A DNA stretch of 61,002 nt, the filler included. It is 4 parts of 4 records of this genome, joined end to end, with 100 filler letters (N's around TTAATTAATTAA, not from the genome) between each part and the next. Parts side by side here need not be neighbours in the genome. Positions count along the whole stretch, not along the records: positions 28,933 to 51,703 come from SRR2962707_2229; positions 51,804 to 61,002 come from SRR2962707_2236; 2 more parts are not named here. One strand, given 5' to 3'. Positions 41,401 to 52,813 of the stretch are shown here, one piece after another (position 1 is the first letter of the stretch; every line of letters starts with the position of its first letter). The notes below the pieces were generated by a model, which searched no databases, was not told the DNA's origin, and saw only the letters and a program-made list of their open reading frames with translations. The translations under genes were made by a program, and so were the position numbers.

Positions 41401-44400
41401 GCAAAGCCAAAGTTTGGATTCACTGTCCGAAACGGTATTTGTTCAAAACCTTGACCGTGATACTGGGGTGTATCTTGATAGAAATCAATTGCTTTACCAA
41501 CCGCGCTGGTGCTGCAAGATAAACGCTGTCAACGAGTCACAGTACAAGCGTCTGATGCGGTACCATCATCAACAACCTCCAAATGGCCAAACGTCTCCAC
41601 GTTCATACGATTCTGCGTCAGTTGGTGCAGCCGACGCGGACGAAAATTCGGATTCTGTCGAAGTTGGTTCTATCAGTGCGTCTCAAAGTGAAGGTAAACA
41701 TCTTCTCGTTGTAGCTCCTGCACTCGAGGTGGAAAATCTTTGTCCCAAGCCCATTCTCTACACTGTGTACAGTGTGTTCACCCACAGAAATGCTGATAGC
41801 CAACATGCGCAAACTCTTGGCCACGATGGAAACGAGGGCTCTGAGTTTTCTTCCTCCGGAAGCGACAGTGACGACTCAGGAAGCTTGAAACTTGGACCAC
41901 ATCCAGCGCGCCATGGTGGCGTTCACGGGATGAAGCACCGAACAATCGCCTCGGAAGCCGTTGCAGTTGGGGTTGTGCTCTCAGGCGACAGTCTGCGATT
42001 ACATCGGATGTTTGTTGCAGGAACAGTACAAATCAAAGTAAAAGTAGAGGGATGTTGGTGCGTAGAGACGCCAAGTGATGACGATTTGCGCCGGCAATGT
42101 CGTATTTGCTTGTAACGGACAATTGGTGTTGGCTGCAGGTACAGTGAGCCGTTTTGTTTTGCCGAATTCAAACACCAAGAAACAACACACGGCGAAAGCC
42201 CACCGACTTTGCACGAGCACCATGCCCGTCCGCACAAGTTGCACCACCGCGAGAAAACGCATACACAGATTTTGTCGAAATGTGCCTTGGAGAAAAAAAA
42301 TGACATCGCGGAGGTCCGCCTTAGCGCAACAAGTGCGTCCAGAGAAGGATCATCCGATGTCACTCTAAATCTGTCTGCTGATCGAGGCATACTTCAGCTA
42401 TATTGCCCTGTGTGGGTTCGCAATGCAACAAGTTTTTCGCTTCGGTTCGTACCCCAAATAATTTTCCGTTTCGGCTCCATCAACAATTGCGTCACCAGAA
42501 GTTGTGATGGTGTGTGTGTATGTGTTCGTGGCTCCAGCTATCGGGTCCAGCATTCTGCTTTACATAGTGGAAGCACTCCGCTCAAGAAAATTGAACGAGG
42601 GTGCGCGTTAAAAGTCGTGATTTCTGCTGTATGTGCCGTGACCTGGGCACAACAATGTTTATTTGGTTGTCAACATCGACCTTTGTTGCAGCGTTACAGT
42701 TCATAATAACGACGATCGCTTTTTCGAGCCCCTTGACACGTGGGTTGTCGATGTTCACGACCCGCTCCTCGTCGCCGACCACAGCTGGGAAGTCGAGATC
42801 GATCGAGATTGTGAGGATGATGACCAGCAAGCAGAAGCTACCCAGACTGGCCGGGGTAGGCTTGACTCCGAGGCGAGCGCTTCCAGCACCACGAGTGAAA
42901 ACGACGACTTTGGCAGTGCAGAACTCGAGCGTTCACGCAAGTCAGCCCCATCAGCAGCAACTAATGACCCCGTACCAGAGAATGGCAACCTATCCCATGA
43001 ATTTGGCATTGCTGACTCGCTTGGCAAGCCGAAGCGCTTGTCATTTCATCGTTTGCCAAGCACACACGATAATGACACTACAACCGCACAAGATAATGAC
43101 ACTACAAGTACGCAAGATAATGACACTACAAGCAAGCAAGATACAAAACGCAATGACGAGTTTCTGCGCGTTGGCCGTGTCCAGGTGCGGCGGCGCAAGC
43201 TGGGCCAATCTGTCGGCAGACAAATTTCGCGCATTCCCGCGTCCGCAACGCCACGCAACATGAAGTACAATTCGAAATCCCCAACCATCGGAATCTTGAC
43301 CTCAAACTCGCCGAACCCCAAAGCCGTGAACCTTGTGCACGCCCGCCATTGGGTGCCGGCGCGAAGGCATTGGGAGTCCGGGTACGTTTTTCTGTCAACA
43401 CTTCAGCTGAATTTGCCGCTTTATTCTCGGCTGCAAATTATATGATTGACCGTGTATTTGCAGATATCTTGGGCTCCGAATTTGGGATGTCGACACAAGC
43501 ACCGTAAACTCGAATGCAAAGGCCCGATCGTCCAAAAGTCCTGTCGTGGCCTTTGCAAAAGCGAAATCACCACTTCTTGCTTACGTCAACGGCACCCTTT
43601 CCAGGCAGGAAGAGGCGGCAGCTGCTGTTACAGCTGCTGCCACCGGTGGGGTGCTTCGCCTGCGTATGATGATCGCCAGCTCGGTGGTTCCAATGGCGTT
43701 CCGCTCACAACATCACTGCCTCGCGTTGCGAAATTTCAAAGAGCTTGCCAGTGGCGATGTGGATGAATGGATTTTTGATGTCGGCCATGCTTCCCATCAA
43801 CAAGACTTGACACAGGTTCTTCTGCACTACATGAACAAAGAGAGCTCGACACAATGTGAACCAATGAAAAAGTTACCAGATGCGGAGGTTGCACCGACCA
43901 AAGCGGTTCCGTCCCATGTTGTTGGGCGGCTTGATGTAAGACGAGGGCTAGCGGTAGCGAAAGCTCTAACTCGTTGGCGCACTGAACAAGATAGACGAGC
44001 GATGCGCGCTCGCATGAGGAAGCGGTTGGTTTGCGTTTCTCTTCCGAGTAATTTCAAGGCAGAAGTCCGTGTTCTGTTACCGATTCGGGCAACGCTCCAG
44101 AGTGCCTTAGCTTTCTTGATGGGCAATAACGCGAGCAAGCACTACCATCTGGAAATGCGGACGGAATTGCATGAACTGGGCTTTTTTTCACGTTCAAACC
44201 CTGCACCAAACGACGAACCGTTGCCGCTCTCCACTCCCATTGTAGACATTCCATCCTCGCGGCGGCTCTATTTGCGTTATCGTGCTGCAATACTTGACAG
44301 GGCAGCTCTAGCACTTCAGCAGGAGGTGATCATGATGCCAAAAGAACCCTTTCAAGTTCGCGCCTGTTTTCGGCCAGAACAAAGCAAGGAGACTGCAACC

Positions 44401-47400
44401 GAAAAAGAATACTTTCTGCGCCAGAGGCGGCTAGCTTGTAAAGATCAGATGGGACAAGTGCAGCGTGACCTTGTAGAAGCCGGCCGAGAAGATGTCGCCT
44501 TTGACGAAGAAGTGCGGGCACTCAAAGACCAGGCGAGTTTCGACATTTACGAATGCATTGCTTTCAACCTGCCGTCGTTGTGGGTAAAACCTGTTTTTGA
44601 AACGCTCTGTGCAGGGGCTGAGCGTGAATCATTCAGTGCAACACCATCACAACAAAGCACACCATAACCACGTACGCACGATGAAGAAAAGGTTGGCGGC
44701 TTTGGAGTCCGACTTTTCGAAAATAACACGAAAGTGGCGTAAAGCTCGCAGAGCAGCTGAAATTGAACGTGAAAAGTTTTCGAAGGCACAGCGAACCGGT
44801 GACGCTGGTTTTGAACGTACTGGCTGGTCTAAGGACTTTGTTCGGGCAGATAAATTCAAAGCCGACAAAGTCGATGCGGATGAAGGTTCGGCCAACGACA
44901 CCACTATGAAAGTTGGGCCGGCAGGGCTGTTTTTAGTGTCGACAGTTGAGCTGTCAAGAGAGACTTTTTTTGAGCCCAAAATAAATTGCAGGTGCGTTTG
45001 CTGTCCGTTGCAAATATGAAAGGATCGCATTACCCCACGTATTGACCTTTGTTGCTTAGGTTTGCGTTCGTTATTGTTTGTTTGTATTGATTGGACCTTG
45101 CGGCAGATACCCCCAGGGAACCCGAGTGCCACAAACTGTGGAATTAGGTGTCTTTGCGAGTCCAGGCTCCGGAAAGTTCCATCGAACTACCATTCTCACT
45201 TTTGCGCCAACCTGCATTTTGGTCAACCATCTTCCTCACGCGATGATAGCAATCAAATCTTTGCGAACCTCTGCACCAAAAACAAACATTGTGCTTGGCC
45301 TTGAATGCAGTGACGCAACGTCACGTGACCGCCATGTGCGGGCATTTTTATGGCCTGGACTGAGCTCAAAAAGCAGTGGCGTTGGTGGAAATAGTATTAG
45401 CAGTGGAACAGGCGGCAATGTTGCCCACCTTGGGCACAAGACTCGTGGAACCAAAGGCCCTGATCAGTTCATGATTCGGCTCTTAAAGCCAGGATTTTTC
45501 GACGCCGAAGGGGCAGAGCAAACTGCGTTGTCAGCGTGGTCCGGACACTTTGATTTGCTGACCACCACTCACATTCAGCTACAGAAGTGCGTGCACACCA
45601 GTGCTGGCCGCCTAGTCGAGGTCGACACACACGCTAATGGTGGTGGCGTCAGTCTTGGTGGTCCGTACAATATTACGGTAAAAGTATCACGACAAGGCGG
45701 AGTGCGGGTTGTCGAGTTTTTCCAGGCTGATGCTAGCCCTGATCTTGTGGCGTACCGGGTTGACAACTTGACAAACGCTCGAGCGTTGCACTTTGAGCAA
45801 TGTCTCTCTGATCGCGACAAACGCGTCATCGCATCGACGCGACGAAAGGTTTTGGGCGTCGATCCAACGGCTCCCCAAAGAACTGGGGTCGCTACATCAG
45901 TTATTGCGGGTCGTCAAATGCTTGACGCAGGCTGCAGATCCCTGTTTGCGTAAGTCTATTTCCTCATCGAATTTGTCTTATTGTACGTACTGTCGAGTGT
46001 GTGTTCATAACTGTCGTTTTTGTGTGACAAGGTACCCGCATCCGTCGTTGCTGCCTTCATGTACAATGCGTGTCAAGCTCGAGCCACTTGGAATGTATGA
46101 ACCGGTTGATGTTTCGCTGGAAGAGTTGACAGATCAGCATACTCACCCAGCATTGCGCCTTCCGCTTGAGTATCGTAAAACCCAGCCATATGCATTTCCA
46201 AAAGATGCCCGAATGGCTATGGTTACACTTCGCGTCGCGAACCTCCCCATCGGATTTGGCAAAAAAACCATCACACCTGAGGCTCGGCTGCTGCTCGACG
46301 CACATACGTTCCGCGCTTTGCGTCGTGTTGTGGCTGTCAGCACCGACAAGCCCACGCAGGTTTTTGCAGTCATGCACGATGGCTGCATGCACTTCTTCGA
46401 TCCCGCGACGAAAGATCAAGTTACGGCCGCGGATGGAAAGGGGCCTGCCCCATTGCTGGTGCTAGATCTTGCTTTAGACTCCGATATCTGCTACTGTGAA
46501 GCACCCAAAGATATCGATGGCGTTCCTGTGTCTGCGAACGATGCTCAACATACCGGCGAGGCCAGCAGCGCCGAGCAATATTCACGCCCGCTCCGCCCAA
46601 GAGCTGCTGTAGTTGATGGTACACCCCTTGAGCTTCTTGCCAAAGGCGGTGAAAAAGCATCGTCGGCTCGCAGGCAGCGGGCTGGCGAACGCATTTCCCA
46701 GCAGAGTTATGCTTCAGGGATGCAGACGACCTTCGCTAACAAGCTTGATGACGTTGAAGAAACTACAGATGTGAGCAACGTAGATTCTGGTTTCCCACTG
46801 TTATTCGTGCACTCACCGCGCCAGGTTGTAATCTGTGTCGAGTTTCCGGTTGAGCAGGAAGACGACTTGACCTCGTCCGACCTGGAGCTGCTGTCTACCG
46901 CTGAGTTGAGATTCATTGACTGGAAGCAGCACGTCACCCGATACTGTTCGGGCTTGCACAGCCCAGTCACATCAGCTACTTCGTCCAGAACACGCTTTAC
47001 GTCGAGCTTTGCGGAGCTACGCGTCGTTGGAGATAAACTCACTCGAGTGTTGCAAGTCCGAGAATTTTTATTCCGCGATGTGGAACGTGATGACGGGCTT
47101 CGCTCAAATTTTCAGATGCAGCTTCTCATGCATATTCCGAGAATTGAGTTTGCTAGCATAGAACTTTCGAATTATGCAATGGCGTGGAGTGGTGCATCGC
47201 CGGCACAAGTTCAAGCTTCGCTTGAAGGTGAGTCAACGCTGACGTTTTGAGTCACTATGTTGCAGACTTCAAGTGTCCGCCTCGGCTCTGATTTAGGACT
47301 TTGAATTTCTAGGAAATCAAATTTCCGTTTTCTTTCTCCAACACATATTCCGAGACGCGGTACCACACCCTGAACGGCCAATACGTCGATCGCAGGTGGT

Positions 47401-50400
47401 CGAATTGTTTGAAAGACTGCGGTGCACTGACGCGTTCACGGCTTCGGACACTGTTATGAAGCTTTTGCGACAGGATTTGCATCTTCGTCGTGCCAGTCAA
47501 GTGCATCACCGAAAAAAAGTTGCCGTGAGCCGTCAAAGTGATATAGGCCATTATCGACGCTCTCTCCCTGAGCGGCCGAGCGGCCTATCAGTCGGTCCGC
47601 TTTTCCGAATGAGGACAGAAAACGCCAGTTTGGAATCCGTGGTTGATCCCACTGGTGGACGGAGAGTGTATGTAGCAATAGCGTGTGCACGCATGACCCA
47701 AGTGGGACTGTTGTCGTTTTGTGGTGCGAGTATTCGTTACTTTTGGAACGCGCTGATGTTGCTGCTGTGTAGTTATCTCGATTTCCGGCAGTTTAAGCAA
47801 ATTCTCGTCCAATTTGTAAAGGAGCGTCGCTTCACTTTCCGAACCGAGCCAAGAGAAGTGCTGCTGCTTGCTGTTCAGCAATTGGAGGCGGCACACGTGG
47901 AGGCACGAGATCACGTGTTTGCGTCGCTAACAATTGGGGACCTGGTATGGAACAGTTTTTTGCGTTTTGGTTGATGTTGAGCATTGTCCTGAGTCATAGT
48001 GCTGTTGCAAACGTTGGGTGTCAATTTCATGCTTGCTAGATTTTAACGAATCAGCAAAACACACCTCACTTGTGTCGAACTCGAGACGGGCAGCCACTGG
48101 CAGTGTTTGATACTCAGTTTCACGATCGGCTTAAGCCTCGCATCATGTGCCAAAAATGCTACGGGTTGATGGGTGCTGCCGGCCTGGATGCTCCATCGCC
48201 AGTGAAGCATACCCCGTGAGTTGTTGGCATGTGCGGTAGTCGGTGTTTCACGTGGTTTAATTTGTATGGAATCTCAGCAGTTCTACTCGTGCTGCATCAT
48301 AGGTACAGTCCCTTCATGCATGCGTGTGTGAGTTTCACAAATAGTGAGCACATAACGCATGTTAACTTCTTGAACGTCGAGGTCAAGCACATGCTTGTGA
48401 ACTTGGAAGACTTGGTGTTATTCCGCATCATGGACTTTGCCAGCTTTTTCGGAAACCTGACTGCTTTTCTGATCGGCCGCCAGCAGTTCGGAGCGTCTGC
48501 AAACCATCGCAGCATATCTGAGCCGCGCGCTGAAATTGTTCAAAACGACTCATTCGATGGTGATGCTGAAGGACAACACCAAGGGCACAAGACTGGCAGC
48601 GAAACAGATTTTGTGCCGCTTGAGATACACCGAGATACCTTGGACTGCGATGTATGGTACACACGCGTTGCTCAGTTCACAGACTCCAAAGATGTTGGTC
48701 CTGTGGATGTGTCGTCCACGCTTGGCGACGAGCATCTTGTGAATGTGGCAGCAATGCGCATTGGCGAATTCGGGTTTGCGCTCAAGACTATCGACACGGC
48801 AGACTTGAGTATGCTGCGATCATTGCGCCCGACTGTGCAAGCGCAGGTCGAACGGGCGATTGTACGAGGTATTCCTTTGGTGCAGATTCCGAGTGCCGAT
48901 GTTGGGTTTCGCCAATTCAGCCTTGTCAATTGTTTGGAGAAGGCAAGCGTTCTGCAACAAGAGGTAAGATGTCAATCCAGCAACAGCGTGAGATCTGTAC
49001 TATGCAGCCCAATTCACAGAGCAGTCTTGCCGCTGCTGTGATTTGCAGATCTTGTTTTTTTACGTTGGACGAGCAGTAAAGCAGCTTCTTGTCAATTTCC
49101 AAATCATCGGCTCATTCGCTGGAGGCGATATGCTTGAGCACGCGATAAACCTTGCGCAAATCCGGTACCGCAAAGACGATCGCGACAGTTACCTTGCACG
49201 TGTCAAACGTGAACGTCATGATCCATTTGCTGGGACTCGTTTTGAGTTTGTGTTCAAGCATACCGTCACTAGCTGCAGATTGAGCTTGGACCGCGCCAGG
49301 ATCTCTTTGGGGGACGATGCTGAATCTCTTCAAATCCGCGGAGAATTAGCTTTCGCCCCGCTTGCTCGAATACATCGTCACCAGCGGGCCATGTTCAACG
49401 AGTACGCGCTTGTGCCTTCCCATGCCATGCATCGATGCGACTGAAACGTCTGAACTAACGCTGCGGACATTGTGTGACAGATATGTTGTCAACTGTACCA
49501 AAGATTACATCGTTGAAGACATTGAACGAAACAATGAGCAAATTGCTGAACGAATTCTGGCGCAATTCAATGCTGACTTTTTGGACGAGCCCTCCGTGTT
49601 ATTAATCCGCTTCCGGCAGTACTTCGGGCCCCCTCCTCAACATTGCATGTCTGTCTACTCGCCCACAATGGCAATTGCTGCCTTTGTTCTTGATGGGCTC
49701 TTGGGGGGCATATTTTCCGACGAACGTATTCGCACCACGTACCTGTTGCATCATCGATTTGAACGCGCTGGAGTTGTATCAACGATGAACCTGCGTGATA
49801 CGAACAGTGAATTAACAATCGTGAAGGAAGATATTTCACCGAACGCAGTTGAAGCCGCAAACGGAGGTGGGGGCCAAAATGAAACCCCTGGGACCGACGA
49901 TTGTCCTGAAAGCCGATGCGTAATCGTGACTGAAAACTATGTCATATATGCAAGCGTAACGTAGGTTGTTTTTGACTTTGAGCCTTCTTCACGACTTTCC
50001 CGAACGCGTTTTTGAGGATTCCCTTCTTGCATTGCAGGTACGTTCTGCGGCCAGAGCCAATTTGGCATTGTCGATTGTCCGAAGTCACAGGGGTGCGCTT
50101 AACGGCAGACCAGCCTCGTGACCACTTGTGGGTAGGGATATCAAGGCCACCGCACAGTCGTTGGCGTCGACACAAAGCGAAGAATGCAACGCGCAGTGAC
50201 GACGATGAAGCAGAGGAAAATAATATTGACCAGGCTTTGTCAGGCGATGTGAATGGCACAACGCCTGCTCTGTCACCCAGTGGCAGCGTTATGTCGCACA
50301 GCGACACTCTTCACCGAAGCGCAGTGTATGTGCCATCGGCGTTTGGTGACTATGAAGAGGAGTTCAAACACCTTCTACGGCAGGAGTTTGCGCGGGCTGA

Positions 50401-51299
50401 TGTGGATTTTCGTGAACTCCTTTATAGTCGAGAATCCACATGGAGCGGTGGCGTAGTTGTGCGGAAGCGTCAGTGGCCAAAGAAGACCAAACACTACTTT
50501 TGCACGGTCGGCCACAGCTGTCTGTTTTTATTTCATCCAACGTGGGCACCAGACGGCAACAAAGCCGCGAGCCCCAAGAATAAATCGCACCCGTCAGCCT
50601 CTCGCATTGTAGACCGTGTCTACGATGGCCACATGATCGTCGTGCCACTCCCTGTTGATGTTCACGTGACTTCTAAACGCAGCAAACTTGCCCTCGAGAA
50701 GCACAATCGTGGATATAGCCTCGATTCTGTGGGTTCACTTGAACACCGCTGGCGTTTGAACCTGCCAGTGTTCATGCCAAGCGTTCAATCAAAATGTTGC
50801 TTGTTGTGTGCCGTAGGAACTTCTCTGGATCAAAATAGACGTCAATAAGGACGCTATCATCCACCGCAAACGACTGAAGCGACTCGTGCGTGTGACAAAA
50901 ACCGTTTGTGTACCTTCCTCTGAAATGCATGGGTGCACAAGAGTGACTTCGGTGCAAACCAACTTGTAGGTGTTTTCAGCCGTGGATGCTAAGCAATTTG
51001 CGGCCTTGGCCCAAGCTGTTGGTGAGGCTATTGCGAACAATTCAACAAACGGTGCACCGCGTGCGCTGCACCGACGAAAAAGTTCGTTTGACATGGAGGA
51101 CGCGACGATGACCAACCGGTTGGTCATTGTATTGTGGGTGAATCGCCAATCCAACCCAAACTGACATGAGTATCGTTGTATGTGACACCAAGCCTTTGCT
51201 CCTGCGCGCAGGCTCCGCGTTGATGCCGACATTTTGTCGGAAGTTACTCTCCAAAGCCTCAGTAAAGATCTGAGCGAGATGACGCGCACCTCGGATTGA
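29472..51299 (+). CDS. Eukaryotic multi-exon gene for a giant VPS13-like bridge lipid-transfer protein; start and some internal exon boundaries uncertain
   Basis: Consecutive + strand ORFs join in frame across short GT-AG introns. VAB/SHR-BD-like motifs: YHITNQLDVPI, FEPNVRVVNQSTTPL, VAPALEVENLCPKPI, LYCPVWVRNATSFSL, ELGVFASPGSGKFHRTTILTFAPTCILVNHL, YRVDNLT. C-terminal FLNVEVKHMLVNLEDLVLFRIMDF. Last exon ...LSEMTRTSD ends TGA 51297-51299. Confidence 0.72.
29783..29880 (+). other. Spliceosomal intron (98 nt, phase 2)
   Basis: CG|GTGTTT...TGTCCAG|G; joins track ORFs 29472 and 29861 in frame. Confidence 0.65.
30000..30088 (+). other. Spliceosomal intron (89 nt, phase 1)
   Basis: G|GTACTT...ATGCAG|AA; joins ORF 29861 to ORF 30034 in frame; T-rich interior. 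Confidence 0.7.
37896..37997 (+). other. Spliceosomal intron (102 nt, phase 2)
   Basis: GG|GTTTGT...TCTCAG|G; removes the stop at 37945-37947 between two same-frame ORFs. Confidence 0.75.
40416..40506 (+). other. Spliceosomal intron (91 nt, phase 2)
   Basis: AA|GTAGGT...GTTCAG|G; yields KYHITNQLDVPILMH in frame with ORF 40532. Confidence 0.8.
42058..42138 (+). other. Spliceosomal intron (81 nt, phase 2)
   Basis: TG|GTGCGT...CTGCAG|G; yields KVEGCWYSEPF in frame with ORF 42209. Confidence 0.8.
43068..43143 (+). repeat. Coding tandem repeat, 24 nt x about 3
   Basis: GATAATGACACTACAA-N5-CAA units encoding DNDTTTAQ/DNDTTSTQ/DNDTTSKQ. Confidence 0.85.
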
Positions 51300-51677
51300 C
51301 ATGCATGACCGACATATATATGACATGCATACATACATACATGCATACATACGCCAACGGACGAGAATTGTGCCGTTGCCGGACTCCCAAATAAATGTCG
51401 TATCAGTCTTTTCCTAAGAATAAGCACTTTTGAAACCTGCGCGTGAGTCATGCGCATCGTTTCATTTGCGCATGAGGTCTCGTTCTGTGTTGGGCCGAGA
51501 ATCTCCTTCCCCTCCTCCTCTCTCTTTGAAAGAAATAAATCTCTCGAATCTTCTGCCACAATCCAAGTAATAGCCTGTACAAACAATTTTCTGTTCGTGG
51601 TTGACTCCAGTCATGTGTTTTTGGACGCACCACCACGTGTGTGCACTCCACTCTTCGCTCGCTCTCCCTCACTGTCT

Positions 51678-51703
51678 AGAGAGAGAGAGAGAGAGAGAGA
51701 GAG
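51678..51703 (+). repeat. (AG)13 microsatellite at contig end
   Basis: Direct reading. Confidence 0.9.
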
Positions 51704-51803
51704 NNNNNNNNNNNNNNNNNNNNNNNNNNNNNNNNNNNNNNNNNNNNTTAATTAATTAANNNNNNNNNNNNNNNNNNNNNNNNNNNNNNNNNNNNNNNNN
51801 NNN
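51704..51803. other. Artificial contig linker
   Basis: 44 N + TTAATTAATTAA + 44 N; sequence turns strongly AT-rich after it. Confidence 0.99.
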
Positions 51804-51848
51804 AAAATCTTAATACTTTATACTAACTACTTAATACTATTTTAAAAA

Positions 51849-52796
51849 TTACATTTCTTCTCTATACTTCTTCCCTATTTTACTTGAAAAGCGAGAAAGA
51901 GTCATAATTGTTTTTTTGGTATTGATAAAATAAACCCCAGTAAGTAGTATTGCAGCAGCTATTATAGATTGTAGAGTAATATGTTCTTCTAAAAAGAACC
52001 ATCCTAGAAATAAAGCTATAATTGGATTTACATAGGTTGATGTTGCTACTTTTTCTGGAGAGACTACCCTTAGTAAGTAATTAAAGGAAGTAAAAGCAAC
52101 GATACTTCCAAGTAAAATTAATGCTAATAATGCCAATTGAGTGTCTGTTTGCCAAGTGTTTGGAGCTGTCCACTGCTCTCCTAAAGTCAAACTTAACGTG
52201 AGTAGAAAAATCCCACCCATAAACATTTGGTAGGCAGAATTTACAAAAAAGTGCTTAGGTAATTTTGCTTTAGAAACAAAAATACTGGCATAGGCCCAAC
52301 TAATCATACAAAGAAAGATAACCCCTATTCCTACTAAGCTGTTTTCTTTATTACTAACGGTATTTTGACTTACCAATAAGTAAATCCCTAAGATTCCTAA
52401 GCCTACGCCTATAAACGACATGAATTTTATTTTCTTACCCTCTAAAATTCGTAGTAAAAGTAATACAATCAAAGGCTGAGCAGACATTTCTAAGGCAGCA
52501 AAACCGCTATCTACATACTTTAAAGCCCATACTACAAAGCCATTTCCAATTGCTAAAAATAAGAAACCAGCAATGGAAGCATTTATAAACTGTTTTTTAG
52601 AAACTTTAATATCTAATCCTATGGATTTAGCAATAATAAATGCTATAATTCCTGCTGTTACAAAGCGTAATCCAGCCAACATAAATGGAGGAAGTTCAGT
52701 AACAGCAATTTTATTTAAGAAATAAGTAGAACCCCAAATTACATAAATAGCAATAAAGGCAAGTACAATAAGTACTTTATTAGAAGCTGCTTTCAT
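51849..52796 (-). CDS. EamA/DMT family transporter
   Basis: IYVIWGSTY, LPPFMLAGLRF, GSIVAFTSFNYLL, STYVNPIIALFLG; about 10 TM segments. Confidence 0.92.
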   Translation of the reverse strand: MKAASNKVLIVLAFIAIYVIWGSTYFLNKIAVTELPPFMLAGLRFVTAGIIAFIIAKSIGLDIKVSKKQFINASIAGFLFLAIGNGFVVWALKYVDSGFAALEMSAQPLIVLLLLRILEGKKIKFMSFIGVGLGILGIYLLVSQNTVSNKENSLVGIGVIFLCMISWAYASIFVSKAKLPKHFFVNSAYQMFMGGIFLLTLSLTLGEQWTAPNTWQTDTQLALLALILLGSIVAFTSFNYLLRVVSPEKVATSTYVNPIIALFLGWFFLEEHITLQSIIAAAILLTGVYFINTKKTIMTLSRFSSKIGKKYREEM

Positions 52797-52813
52797 TAAT
52801 TATTTTTCTTCAA

